This document shows, in pieces, positions 38,665 through 47,451 of a stretch of DNA of 64,000 bases (positions are counted from its first letter, which is position 1; every line of letters starts with the position of its first letter). A program made the position numbers and the translations under genes. Origin of the DNA: an uncultured Alphaproteobacteria bacterium (GTDB lineage: Bacteria; Pseudomonadota; Alphaproteobacteria; Rickettsiales; Midichloriaceae); assembly GCA_903887235.1 (NCBI GenBank), contig CAISOX010000053.1, positions 19,241-83,240 of the forward strand. Direction: 5' to 3'. The notes beneath the pieces were generated by a model. It ran no database searches. It saw nothing but the letters and a program-made list of their open reading frames with translations, and was not told the DNA's origin.

Positions 38665-40737
38665 ATGAAGTGTAGCTTAATAAGATATTTATCCAAGGAT
38701 GTATCTGAATTAATGGATGTTGGCGATACAAGGGCAAAGCTATTTGCCAAACTTGGTATACGAAAATTTAAGGATTTATTATTTCATTTACCAACTGAAT
38801 ACATTGATAGAGGATACTCACCAAATATTTATGAAATTAAAAATGGAGATTTGGTAACTCTTGAAGTAGAAGTTTTTGAGATAAACATAAAAACCAGCTT
38901 TCGGCATAAATCACCTAGCAAAATATTATGTAAAAATGAATCTGGTTTTATTGAATTAATTTATTTTAATAAAATTCCACCATATATTAAGCAAAATTTT
39001 ATTGCTGAAAAAAATATTATAATTAGTGGAAAGGTAGAAATTCAAGATAAAAATTTTGTTATGGTGCATCCTGATGCAGTAGTCAAATCAAGTGAGAAAT
39101 ACAAAGTTCCTAAATTAGAAACAGTTTATCCGAAGGTTCAAGGTCTAACATCAAAATTAATTTCATACTTAATAAAGAAGATTTTAAGTAATATGCCTGA
39201 ATGTGAAAACTGGTTGCCTAATGATTTATTAGAAAAACAAGAATGGAAAGGGTTTGTGGAATCATTAAATATTTTGCATTCCCCACTTGATATTAATTCT
39301 GCAGATTTAAAAAATGCTAAATTGAGGATTGCTTTTGACGAATTACTTGCAAATCAAATATGCCTTAAAATTTTAAGGCAAAAACTTCAAAATGAATCAA
39401 AAAATTCTATAAAATTTTTTGGTAAATTGGTAGAGGGTTTTTTAGATAAATTGGAATTTACATTAACTAAAGAGCAACAGCTAGCAGTTGATTCAATTTC
39501 GCAAGACCAACTGGCAAAAAAGAAAATGCTAAGATTGCTTATGGGAGACGTCGGATGCGGAAAAACCTTTGTGGCTATCTGTGCCGCATTAAATGCTATA
39601 GAGGCAAAGATGCAAGTTGCTTTTATGGTGCCAACAGAAATTTTAGCACAACAGCATTATAGGAATATTGTCAATTACACAAAACAAATGGAGATTAAAG
39701 TTGAGCTTTTGGTTGGAAGTCTAAAAGTTTCAGAGAGGAAAAGAATTTTAAAAGAGTTGGAAAATGGTGATATTGACTTAGTTGTTGGAACCCACACTTT
39801 ATTTCAAGAAAAAGTGACATTTAAAAATTTAGGACTAGTAATAATTGATGAACAACATAAATTTGGTGTTAAGCAGAGGTTAAATCTCCTGCAAAAAGGC
39901 GATGATGTAGATTTATTAATGCTATCTGCTACCCCAATACCCAGGACTATTAGCATGTTAAATTATGGTGATATGGACGTAAGCATTATCAAACAAAAAC
40001 CAAAATCAAATGTTCCAATTATAACTAGTATGCTATCAAAATCTAAAATGGGTGATTTAATAGAAAAGATGGAAATGTTAATGAAACGAGGAGAGAGGGT
40101 TTATTGGGTATGCCCTTTGATAGAAGAGTCAGAAAAATTGCAATTATCCTATGTAGAAAATAGTTTTAAGATTTTGCAGGAAAAATTAGGAGACAAAGTT
40201 GCTATGATTCATGGTAAAATGAAGATTGAAGAGAAAGATGATGCAATGCAAAAATTTAAAAATGGCCAGAAGCTACTTTTAGTTTCAACCACAGTTATTG
40301 AGGTTGGTGTAGATGTTCCAGAAGCTACAGTTATGGTAATTGAAAATGCTGAAAGATTTGGCTTATCTCAATTGCACCAATTAAGAGGCAGAGTTGGAAG
40401 AGGAGCTCTTCAGTCATATTGTATATTGCTTTATGGAACGAAGTTGAGTTTAGATTCTAAAAAGAGATTGAGTATATTAACTAGTGTTAGTGATGGATTT
40501 GAAATTGCGGAAAAAGATTTGGAGATAAGAGGAAGTGGAGATTATTTAGGGGTCAGGCAGAGTGGTGAATCTGGATTTAGATTTTTCGATGTATGTAGAG
40601 ATGCGTCATTAGTACCTATTGCTGATGAATATGCAAGTGAGCTTATCAAACAACCACTAGCTGACTCAATAACGATTCTATTAGAAGTATTTGAAAAAGA
40701 TATATATTTTAAAGAGCAGGGAACAAGTTTGACATAG
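38665..40737 (+). CDS. recG: ATP-dependent DNA helicase RecG
   Basis: RLLMGDVGCGKT, IIDEQHKFG, SATPIPRT, QLHQLRGRVGRG and DLEIRGSG. Confidence 0.97.
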   Translation: MKCSLIRYLSKDVSELMDVGDTRAKLFAKLGIRKFKDLLFHLPTEYIDRGYSPNIYEIKNGDLVTLEVEVFEINIKTSFRHKSPSKILCKNESGFIELIYFNKIPPYIKQNFIAEKNIIISGKVEIQDKNFVMVHPDAVVKSSEKYKVPKLETVYPKVQGLTSKLISYLIKKILSNMPECENWLPNDLLEKQEWKGFVESLNILHSPLDINSADLKNAKLRIAFDELLANQICLKILRQKLQNESKNSIKFFGKLVEGFLDKLEFTLTKEQQLAVDSISQDQLAKKKMLRLLMGDVGCGKTFVAICAALNAIEAKMQVAFMVPTEILAQQHYRNIVNYTKQMEIKVELLVGSLKVSERKRILKELENGDIDLVVGTHTLFQEKVTFKNLGLVIIDEQHKFGVKQRLNLLQKGDDVDLLMLSATPIPRTISMLNYGDMDVSIIKQKPKSNVPIITSMLSKSKMGDLIEKMEMLMKRGERVYWVCPLIEESEKLQLSYVENSFKILQEKLGDKVAMIHGKMKIEEKDDAMQKFKNGQKLLLVSTTVIEVGVDVPEATVMVIENAERFGLSQLHQLRGRVGRGALQSYCILLYGTKLSLDSKKRLSILTSVSDGFEIAEKDLEIRGSGDYLGVRQSGESGFRFFDVCRDASLVPIADEYASELIKQPLADSITILLEVFEKDIYFKEQGTSLT

Positions 40738-40758
40738 TTTTATTGTTTGGTGCTTGCA

Positions 40759-40786
40759 TTGCAAGGATGTATTAGCATCCTTGCAA
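40759..40786. terminator. Hairpin terminator between recG and the convergent ORF
   Basis: TTGCAAGGATG-tattag-CATCCTTGCAA, an 11-bp perfect stem. Confidence 0.7.
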
Positions 40787-40826
40787 CCAAGATATTTTAT
40801 TTTATAATACCAAATTCTATTGATAA

Positions 40827-42455
40827 TTAATTATCAATAAACTCGAAAGCTAAAATTTTATTAAATTCTGCATCATCATGATGTGTAAGATCATAATTTT
40901 CATAATGCCAAATTTCATTATCATTTGCAGTTTGCAGTAATATATATAGATTAACCAATGGAGCGCATTCATCAGAAAATGAATTTTCTCCATAAGTGGA
41001 TACTTTTTCATTTTCCATCTTGAAGCACTCTTGACCTTCTGCATATTTTATTACTTTTTTACCGTCTTTATCAGAATGGGAGTATCTCTTGATAAAATTA
41101 CTAAAATTGGTAGCTACCATGCTCTCTAATTTCGATGCATTATTAGTGTTCATGAAATTTAAAAATTGAAGATGATTGGCATCATCCTCATCCATGCCAA
41201 TTGAATCTAAAAAATTATGCAATGAGTATATTTTTTCACAATCACTTGATTCTGATTCTAAGCTTTTTAAGCTGGAACCACTAATTTCAAAGCATTTTGT
41301 GTTTGATTCTCTCTGATTTATAGAAGTTGAGGTATCTTTTTCGACTTCATCTCCATTATTGTTTGAAAAAAAGTATTCGGATTTTATTTTTTCAATAGTT
41401 GGATTGAGCATATCATAGGCATTTTTTTCAGAATTAATTGAAGTTGGTTCGTCTGCCTTATTTGTGATAATAGCTTTGTTTTCTAATTTTGTATTAGTGT
41501 TAGAGAATTTTGTTTTTAAATCATTAAAACCATCGCTTAGCTTATTTTTTAAATCCCAAAAATTAGTTTTTAAATTATCATAACTAGCTTTAGCATTAGC
41601 TTTAAAATCATCATAATGGGCTTTAAAATTAGTTTTAAAATTAGTTTTTAAATTGCTATATTTAATTTTTAAAGCCTCATACTTTTCTTGTATGAATAAT
41701 TCACTATTAGAAATTGTACATTCATTGTTTGTTGACACAGTTTTTAGTTTTTCATCAGCATTTGCCAAAGCAGCTTTTAAATTAGTATGCTCTTTTTCGA
41801 GCTCTGCTTTTTCATTAAAAATAGTACTATTCTTATTTTCTAAAGCTTTAAGTTTTTCATCAGTACTTATTGACACAGTTTTTAGTTTTTCTTCTGTACT
41901 TGCCAATGCATTTTTTAAATTAGCATATTCTTCCTCTAGCGCAGCTTTTTCTTTTGAAAGTGTATTATTTTTCTTTTCCAATTCCTGAACTTTTGCAACT
42001 ATATTACCTGATTCATCTATAGTCTTAGTATTTGGAATAGCAATAAAATTTGTATGTATAAGGGACGGGTTAACAACTGTACCTTTATTTGAGGTGTCTT
42101 CAGTAGTTTTTGCTACATCCTTGTTGTCCTTATCAGCACTTGCCAATGCATTTTTTAAATTGGCATGTTCTCCCTCTAGTTTAGTGTATTTTTTCTCAAG
42201 CTCTGCTTTTTCAGAAGAAACCCTACTATTAAGGATTTTTAAATTCTTCACTACTTCTGTTTCTGTATTTGCTGACACAGTTTTTAGTTTTTCATCAGCA
42301 TTTGCCAAAGCAGCTTTTAAATTAGCATGCTCTTTCTTAAGTTCTGTATTTTTTGTTGAAAGTGTATAATTTGTACTTTTCAATTCCTGAACTTCTGCAA
42401 CTATGTTCTTTTTATTTGGAATATTTTCTTTCAATTGATCTGGTGATTTTGCCAT
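40827..42455 (-). CDS. Hypothetical coiled-coil repeat protein (542 aa)
   Basis: Four imperfect copies of (EKAE)LEKEHANLKAALANADEKLKTVS; AGAGGAG RBS; 13 nt downstream of the beta-barrel gene. Confidence 0.85.
   Translation of the reverse strand: MAKSPDQLKENIPNKKNIVAEVQELKSTNYTLSTKNTELKKEHANLKAALANADEKLKTVSANTETEVVKNLKILNSRVSSEKAELEKKYTKLEGEHANLKNALASADKDNKDVAKTTEDTSNKGTVVNPSLIHTNFIAIPNTKTIDESGNIVAKVQELEKKNNTLSKEKAALEEEYANLKNALASTEEKLKTVSISTDEKLKALENKNSTIFNEKAELEKEHTNLKAALANADEKLKTVSTNNECTISNSELFIQEKYEALKIKYSNLKTNFKTNFKAHYDDFKANAKASYDNLKTNFWDLKNKLSDGFNDLKTKFSNTNTKLENKAIITNKADEPTSINSEKNAYDMLNPTIEKIKSEYFFSNNNGDEVEKDTSTSINQRESNTKCFEISGSSLKSLESESSDCEKIYSLHNFLDSIGMDEDDANHLQFLNFMNTNNASKLESMVATNFSNFIKRYSHSDKDGKKVIKYAEGQECFKMENEKVSTYGENSFSDECAPLVNLYILLQTANDNEIWHYENYDLTHHDDAEFNKILAFEFIDN
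41733..42335. repeat. Intragenic direct repeats in the coiled-coil gene
   Basis: 41733-41795 and 42273-42335 match over 63 bp with 1 mismatch (540-bp offset). Shorter related copies near 41871 and 41898/42138. Confidence 0.9.
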
Positions 42456-42468
42456 TTTCTCCTCTATT

Positions 42469-43167
42469 TTAGTTAAAATGATATGTCAATCCTAAGTTAA
42501 CGGTGTGTATATTAAGTTTAGATTTTTTTGGGTCATCTTTCTTATTATCATCTTCATCATAACCATATCCTAATGATTTAACATGGCCTAGATTTACATA
42601 TTTATAATTTGTCCCAATGCTAACTTTTGTATTTAGTTTATATTCAACTCCCAAACCAGCATTCCAAGCAAATTGGCTATGCGTATTTTTGACTTCACTG
42701 TAAATAATTTGATTGGTAGTATCGTCCTTTATTGTGTAGTTGCCGAATTTATTTTTTGAAACGCCAGCTCCTGCTGTTATGTAAGGCATAAAATGATTTT
42801 CATTATTAAAATTATATTGAAAATTTAAATTAAATAAATCTGCCCTTACATTATGCTTAATAGTGGCATTTTGTTGATTTATTGTGTGATTCATATTTCT
42901 GAAATTTGTATAGTCTAAATATGTTGATAAGTTATTTGTTAATTTATAACCCCAGCCAACATTGTACAACATTGTATTAGATGGTTTTTTACTTTCTCTA
43001 TCACCATCATATTCATCGGTTAATTTTTCAGGAAAGCCGTAACCAACATTCATTTTAAAAAAAGGTTTTTCATACCAATTTGCATAAGTTGTAATTGGAT
43101 TTGTAGCAAAAGATAATGAAAATCCAAATATAATTGAAGTAGTGTATAAAATATTTTTTCCCCTCAT
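42469..43167 (-). CDS. Small outer-membrane beta-barrel protein (porin/opacity/Adr-like)
   Basis: Signal peptide, alternating beta-strands, PYITAGAGVS, QFAWNAGLGVEYKL, terminal LGLTYHF(N) aromatic signature and GGAGG RBS. Confidence 0.85.
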   Translation of the reverse strand: MRGKNILYTTSIIFGFSLSFATNPITTYANWYEKPFFKMNVGYGFPEKLTDEYDGDRESKKPSNTMLYNVGWGYKLTNNLSTYLDYTNFRNMNHTINQQNATIKHNVRADLFNLNFQYNFNNENHFMPYITAGAGVSKNKFGNYTIKDDTTNQIIYSEVKNTHSQFAWNAGLGVEYKLNTKVSIGTNYKYVNLGHVKSLGYGYDEDDNKKDDPKKSKLNIHTVNLGLTYHFN

Positions 43168-43329
43168 ATCAATTTCCTCCTTGATTATTATTTTTATTCT
43201 GTTACTGTACTAATGGTTGTAAAAAAGCCATGGTTGTGAGCAACGTTCTATATAAGAACAGGGTGGATTTCACACCCATCTAGTAGCACTTAAATTAAGC
43301 GTACTAATTAATTGTAATGAATGCAAATA

Positions 43330-44640
43330 TTAGTTGTGCAATTTTATTGCTAAATCTTTAATTTTTTTATGTAGGGCTGTTCTTTCCATGCCGATGTGTT
43401 TGGCTGTATGTGTGATGTTGCTATCAAATTTTTGAAGGTTAAATTCTATGTATTTTTTTTCAAATAATTGCTTTGCATCTTTTAATGATTTGTCGAAATA
43501 GGCAGTAAAAATGTTTTTGCTATTTTGAGAAAGTGAAAAATCATTAGAGTTTGATGTGGTTTCTTGATTTAAAAGTAATTTCAACAGTAAGTTTTCAGTA
43601 AAATTTTTTAATTCTAAAATATTTCCTGGCCAATCATAGTCTAGGAATTGTGCATAAAATTCACTACCCAGGTTTAAATTATTGATATAATAATGTTTTT
43701 TAAAATTATTAATGTAATAATCTACAATAAGTTTTATATCTTGTTTTCTCTCTCTCAATGGAGGCGCTTCTAATATTGTTAATGATAGTCTTTGAAGCAA
43801 GCTTTGATTAAAATTTGAATCCTGAATTAGTTGCTCTTGGTTTATAGTAGAAGAGCAAATTATTTTACCCAATTGATTAGAGTTTTGTGAATTATTCAAG
43901 TAATTAAGTAGCTTTTTTTGCAAGTATTTTGATAATTTTGAAATTTCGCTCAGATATATCGTTGATCTTTTGGCTTTTTCAAATATAGAAGCAGATTCAG
44001 TATTTCCGAATAAAATGTTATCCAATTCCTTCTCGGAATGATTTTCAATGCTAACTTTATAAAATGGTTTGTCATTAGAATTTTGATAAGCATGAATCAA
44101 ACGTGCAATTTTTTCTTTGCCAGTTCCAATCTCTCCAAATATCATAGTTCTAGCATTTGATCCTATATTGTTTGCAATTTTACTTTTAATTTCAGTAATT
44201 TGTTTACTGGTGCCTATAATAGAAGCTAAATCATTTTGTTGTTTTAGTTGAGTGCTATATTGTTGAAGCTCAATATTTTCTAATGTTCTTTTTACTGTTA
44301 TTACCAATTTTTCTGATTTAAACGGTTTTTCAATAAAGTTATAGGCTCCCAGCTTTATGGCTTTTACTGCAGTTTCAATATTACCATGTCCGCTAATCAC
44401 TATAACATGAATTTCTTTGTAAGTTTCCCTGATGATTTTTAATAAGCCCAATCCATCCATATCACTACCTTCCAGCCAAATATCGAGAATGACTATTTTT
44501 GGGGAAGATTTTTTGAGTATTTCTAATGCACTTGATGAGTTGAGTACAAATTCTGTTTTTAAATGGAGTTCGTCTTCAATAATATCCTTTATTAGCTCCC
44601 CAATGTCTTGCTCATCATCGATTACTAATATGTCAAACAT
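43330..44640 (-). CDS. ntrX: NtrX-like response regulator (REC-AAA-HTH)
   Basis: ILVIDDE, VILDIWLEGSDMDG, SGHGNIETAVKAIKLGAYNFIEKPF, GEIGTGKE and a Fis-type HTH (IGMERTALHKKIKDL). GAFTGA is absent and Walker B reads LSEI. Confidence 0.85.
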   Translation of the reverse strand: MFDILVIDDEQDIGELIKDIIEDELHLKTEFVLNSSSALEILKKSSPKIVILDIWLEGSDMDGLGLLKIIRETYKEIHVIVISGHGNIETAVKAIKLGAYNFIEKPFKSEKLVITVKRTLENIELQQYSTQLKQQNDLASIIGTSKQITEIKSKIANNIGSNARTMIFGEIGTGKEKIARLIHAYQNSNDKPFYKVSIENHSEKELDNILFGNTESASIFEKAKRSTIYLSEISKLSKYLQKKLLNYLNNSQNSNQLGKIICSSTINQEQLIQDSNFNQSLLQRLSLTILEAPPLRERKQDIKLIVDYYINNFKKHYYINNLNLGSEFYAQFLDYDWPGNILELKNFTENLLLKLLLNQETTSNSNDFSLSQNSKNIFTAYFDKSLKDAKQLFEKKYIEFNLQKFDSNITHTAKHIGMERTALHKKIKDLAIKLHN

Positions 44641-45284
44641 TACTTGTTTTTGTTTTTAAAGCTACCCTTAGCATATAGCAGTATTGCAATAATGATAACA
44701 ACAAAAATAATCACTATGTTAAATCTTTTGATATAAGTATATATTAACTCTTCATTTGCACTAATTATATGGCCAAGATAAAGAAGAAATGAAAGCCAAA
44801 TGAAGCTTCCTAGAATAGTGTATAGAATAAAAAGTTTTAAATCCATTCTAGCAAGTCCAGCTGGAAACGAAATAAAATGCTTAATTCCAGGGAGCATCCT
44901 TCCGAAAAATGTTGATATAGCGCCATATTTATTAAAAAACAATTCTAAAGAAAGTAACTGGCCAGATTTTAAAAAAAAGTATTTTCCATAATTTATGAAT
45001 AACTTTCTACCAAAGTGGTATGCCATAAAATAATTAAGAAGTGATCCCAACAAAGTGCCAGCTAAGCTAGATATTAAAACAGGGGCTAAGTGCAATTCTC
45101 CTTTAGCAATTAGAAATCCTGCTGGTATTAATGTTAATTCGCTAGGAACTGGTATAAAAGTACTTTCTATGAAAGTCATGATAAAAATCCCTATATAACC
45201 AAAAGTTTGGACAAAATTTAAAATTAGCTTGAATACTTCTCCAAAAAACTCTACAAACATTAATATATTGATGTTTTTATGCAA
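44640..45284 (-). CDS. DedA family membrane protein
   Basis: ESTFIPVPSELTLIPAG and FFGRMLPGIKHFISFPAG. Confidence 0.92.
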   Translation of the reverse strand: MHKNINILMFVEFFGEVFKLILNFVQTFGYIGIFIMTFIESTFIPVPSELTLIPAGFLIAKGELHLAPVLISSLAGTLLGSLLNYFMAYHFGRKLFINYGKYFFLKSGQLLSLELFFNKYGAISTFFGRMLPGIKHFISFPAGLARMDLKLFILYTILGSFIWLSFLLYLGHIISANEELIYTYIKRFNIVIIFVVIIIAILLYAKGSFKNKNK

Positions 45285-45339
45285 TTTATCTAGAATAATA
45301 TAAGTAAAAAAATATAAATCACAATTACTATTTGTTTGT

Positions 45340-45966
45340 ATGGATGTTTTAGACGAAATTAGGGATGAGGTTAATAAGGAAAGGTTTTATAATTTTCTTC
45401 AAAATTATGGAAAGTACGTTGCGATTTTTGTTTTAGCTACATTTATTTGTTTCATCATTTATTTTTGGTGGGATAAACACAAAAATAATGTGTTATTAGA
45501 GGAGGCTAGTGAATACGGAGACGCAATAGGCTCTCTTGATAAGGATAAAATTTCTAGACTAGAAAAGCTTAAAGTAGGCAAAACAGTATATTCGGATTTA
45601 GCGAAACTCCAATTGGGTGCGTATTATGCTATTAATAAGGATTTTAATCGTGCTATACATAATTATGAATTACTAATAGACTCAAAAAGTACAGATAAAA
45701 TTTATAGAGACTATGCAGAGTTGATGGTAATTAAGATGAAAATATCATCAGGGAAGATTAACTCAGAGGAAGGGATAGAAATGTATGAGAATTTTTATAA
45801 AAATGCAGAATATTTTAATAATATTGCAGTTTTGGGTGAATCAATATTGCTCATGAATAAAGGTGAAAAAGGTAAAGTTTCTTCTAAATTGAATGAAATA
45901 CTAACTGATAATGAATCTCCAAATCTGTTGATGTATCTTGCAAGAATGATAGATAAGAGGGTATAG
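45340..45966 (+). CDS. YfgM-like single-TM TPR protein (DUF2659-like)
   Basis: DEIRDEVNKER...YGKY, then a TM helix and TPR-like helices. Confidence 0.7.
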   Translation: MDVLDEIRDEVNKERFYNFLQNYGKYVAIFVLATFICFIIYFWWDKHKNNVLLEEASEYGDAIGSLDKDKISRLEKLKVGKTVYSDLAKLQLGAYYAINKDFNRAIHNYELLIDSKSTDKIYRDYAELMVIKMKISSGKINSEEGIEMYENFYKNAEYFNNIAVLGESILLMNKGEKGKVSSKLNEILTDNESPNLLMYLARMIDKRV

Positions 45967-46066
45967 CATAATTCAGATATGCATTGACATCGTCATTCTT
46001 CGCTTATGTAGGTTTTACTACACTTCGCTCATCACTTCTTGTCACTACATATCTGACTCAAGCTAT
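45963..46066. repeat. Dispersed ~105-bp palindromic element, copy 2
   Basis: GTATAGC...GCTATAC termini, TCAGATATG/CATATCTGA stem and a 54-bp core identical to 17142-17195. It overlaps the upstream gene's TAG. Confidence 0.9.
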
Positions 46067-46194
46067 ACAGTCATAGCATCATCGTTTGCTGGATTTTGAT
46101 TTGGGCTTTAGGATTTAGGATTCATAAAAAAAGCTTTACAGGATGCATGTTTAGCTTTAAGTTCTGCTCAAGAAAATTATATTCAAAATAATTT

Positions 46195-47382
46195 ATGCTG
46201 ATGAATAGCAAAGTATTTGGTTCAATATTGATTGTCGCAGGGACTAGTATCGGAGCAAGCATGTTGGCCTTGCCAATGATTTCATCATCTTTGGGCGAAA
46301 TAAGAAGTTTGTTTTTACTGATAATGGTCTGGTTATTAGGATATTATTCTTCTTTAATGGTTCTTAAAGTTAATTTATTTTATAAAGGAGCATTTTCAGT
46401 TTCTGAGTTATGCAAAAAGAGTTTTGATTTTAAAATTTGGCTCATTGCAGATTTGTCAATCATAACGCTATTTTATTCTCTTTTAGCAGCTTATATATCA
46501 GGAATTGTCGAGATAAGTGTGCTGGAAAATATGCCACATTCATCTCATTTGCTTAGTAATGGAGTTATAGGATATTTAGTAGTGATGATATTGGTATTTT
46601 TTATAATATTTAATTTTAAAGTTTTGGACGTAAGTAATAGAATTATTTTTGTTATAAAAATAGGGGTTTTTATAACCATGTTATATTTTTTAAGCTCAAA
46701 GGTAGAATTGAGTAATTTGAAAAATTTCAATGGATACTTATCACAAAACAACAATTTATTTAAAGCAATTCCAGTTTTTTTTACATCATTTGGATTCCAT
46801 GGTAGTATACCATCTATAATGAAATATTTAGACAATAATGAAAAAGATATAAAAAAAGCATTTTTATGGGGCAGCTTTTTAAGTCTGATTATATATTGTC
46901 TTTGGATATTTTTTACATCTGCAGTGCTACCAAAACATGGTTTAATCAGCTTTGATACTGTGAATAATAGTGATAATAAATTGCATGAGTTTATAAAAAT
47001 GCTTGCAGAGAGAACTGAGCAAGATAAATTGCACGTTATTATTTCAGTATTTAGTTGGATGGCGATAATTACTTCTTTTTTAGGAGTGGGAGTGGGTTTG
47101 TATGATTATATTTTAGAGAAATTTAAATTTAAAAGGGAGGTATTTAAAGATCAATTAAAAGGAATATTTATAACATTTTTTCCTCCTTTATTAATAGTAA
47201 TTCTTGGAAAAAATATTTTTGTAAAAGCCTTGGCTTTTGCTGCAATTAGTTTAAGTATGTTGGCAATCATATTTCCGGCATTTATAGCCCTAAAATTAGG
47301 GCAAAAAAATAAGATAGCTATAATTATGTCATTAATATTAGGGGTGCTTATAATTACAATCGAACTAATTAATTTTTTATAA
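46195..47382 (+). CDS. Aromatic amino acid permease (TyrP/Mtr, HAAAP family)
   Basis: LIVAGTSIGASMLALP, IPVFFTSFGFHG, AIITSFLGVGVGLYD and about 11 TM segments. Confidence 0.88.
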   Translation: MLMNSKVFGSILIVAGTSIGASMLALPMISSSLGEIRSLFLLIMVWLLGYYSSLMVLKVNLFYKGAFSVSELCKKSFDFKIWLIADLSIITLFYSLLAAYISGIVEISVLENMPHSSHLLSNGVIGYLVVMILVFFIIFNFKVLDVSNRIIFVIKIGVFITMLYFLSSKVELSNLKNFNGYLSQNNNLFKAIPVFFTSFGFHGSIPSIMKYLDNNEKDIKKAFLWGSFLSLIIYCLWIFFTSAVLPKHGLISFDTVNNSDNKLHEFIKMLAERTEQDKLHVIISVFSWMAIITSFLGVGVGLYDYILEKFKFKREVFKDQLKGIFITFFPPLLIVILGKNIFVKALAFAAISLSMLAIIFPAFIALKLGQKNKIAIIMSLILGVLIITIELINFL

Positions 47383-47451
47383 ATGATGTGCTTTTATACA
47401 GAATATAGAAGCATTTATATGACAATATAAGTAACTATAAATTATAACTAC

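Noticed and set aside
43330-44640. NtrX lacking GAFTGA and with a degenerate Walker B as a pseudogene
   Set aside because: The ORF is full length with an intact receiver Asp and HTH. Loss of GAFTGA is a known NtrX-family trait.
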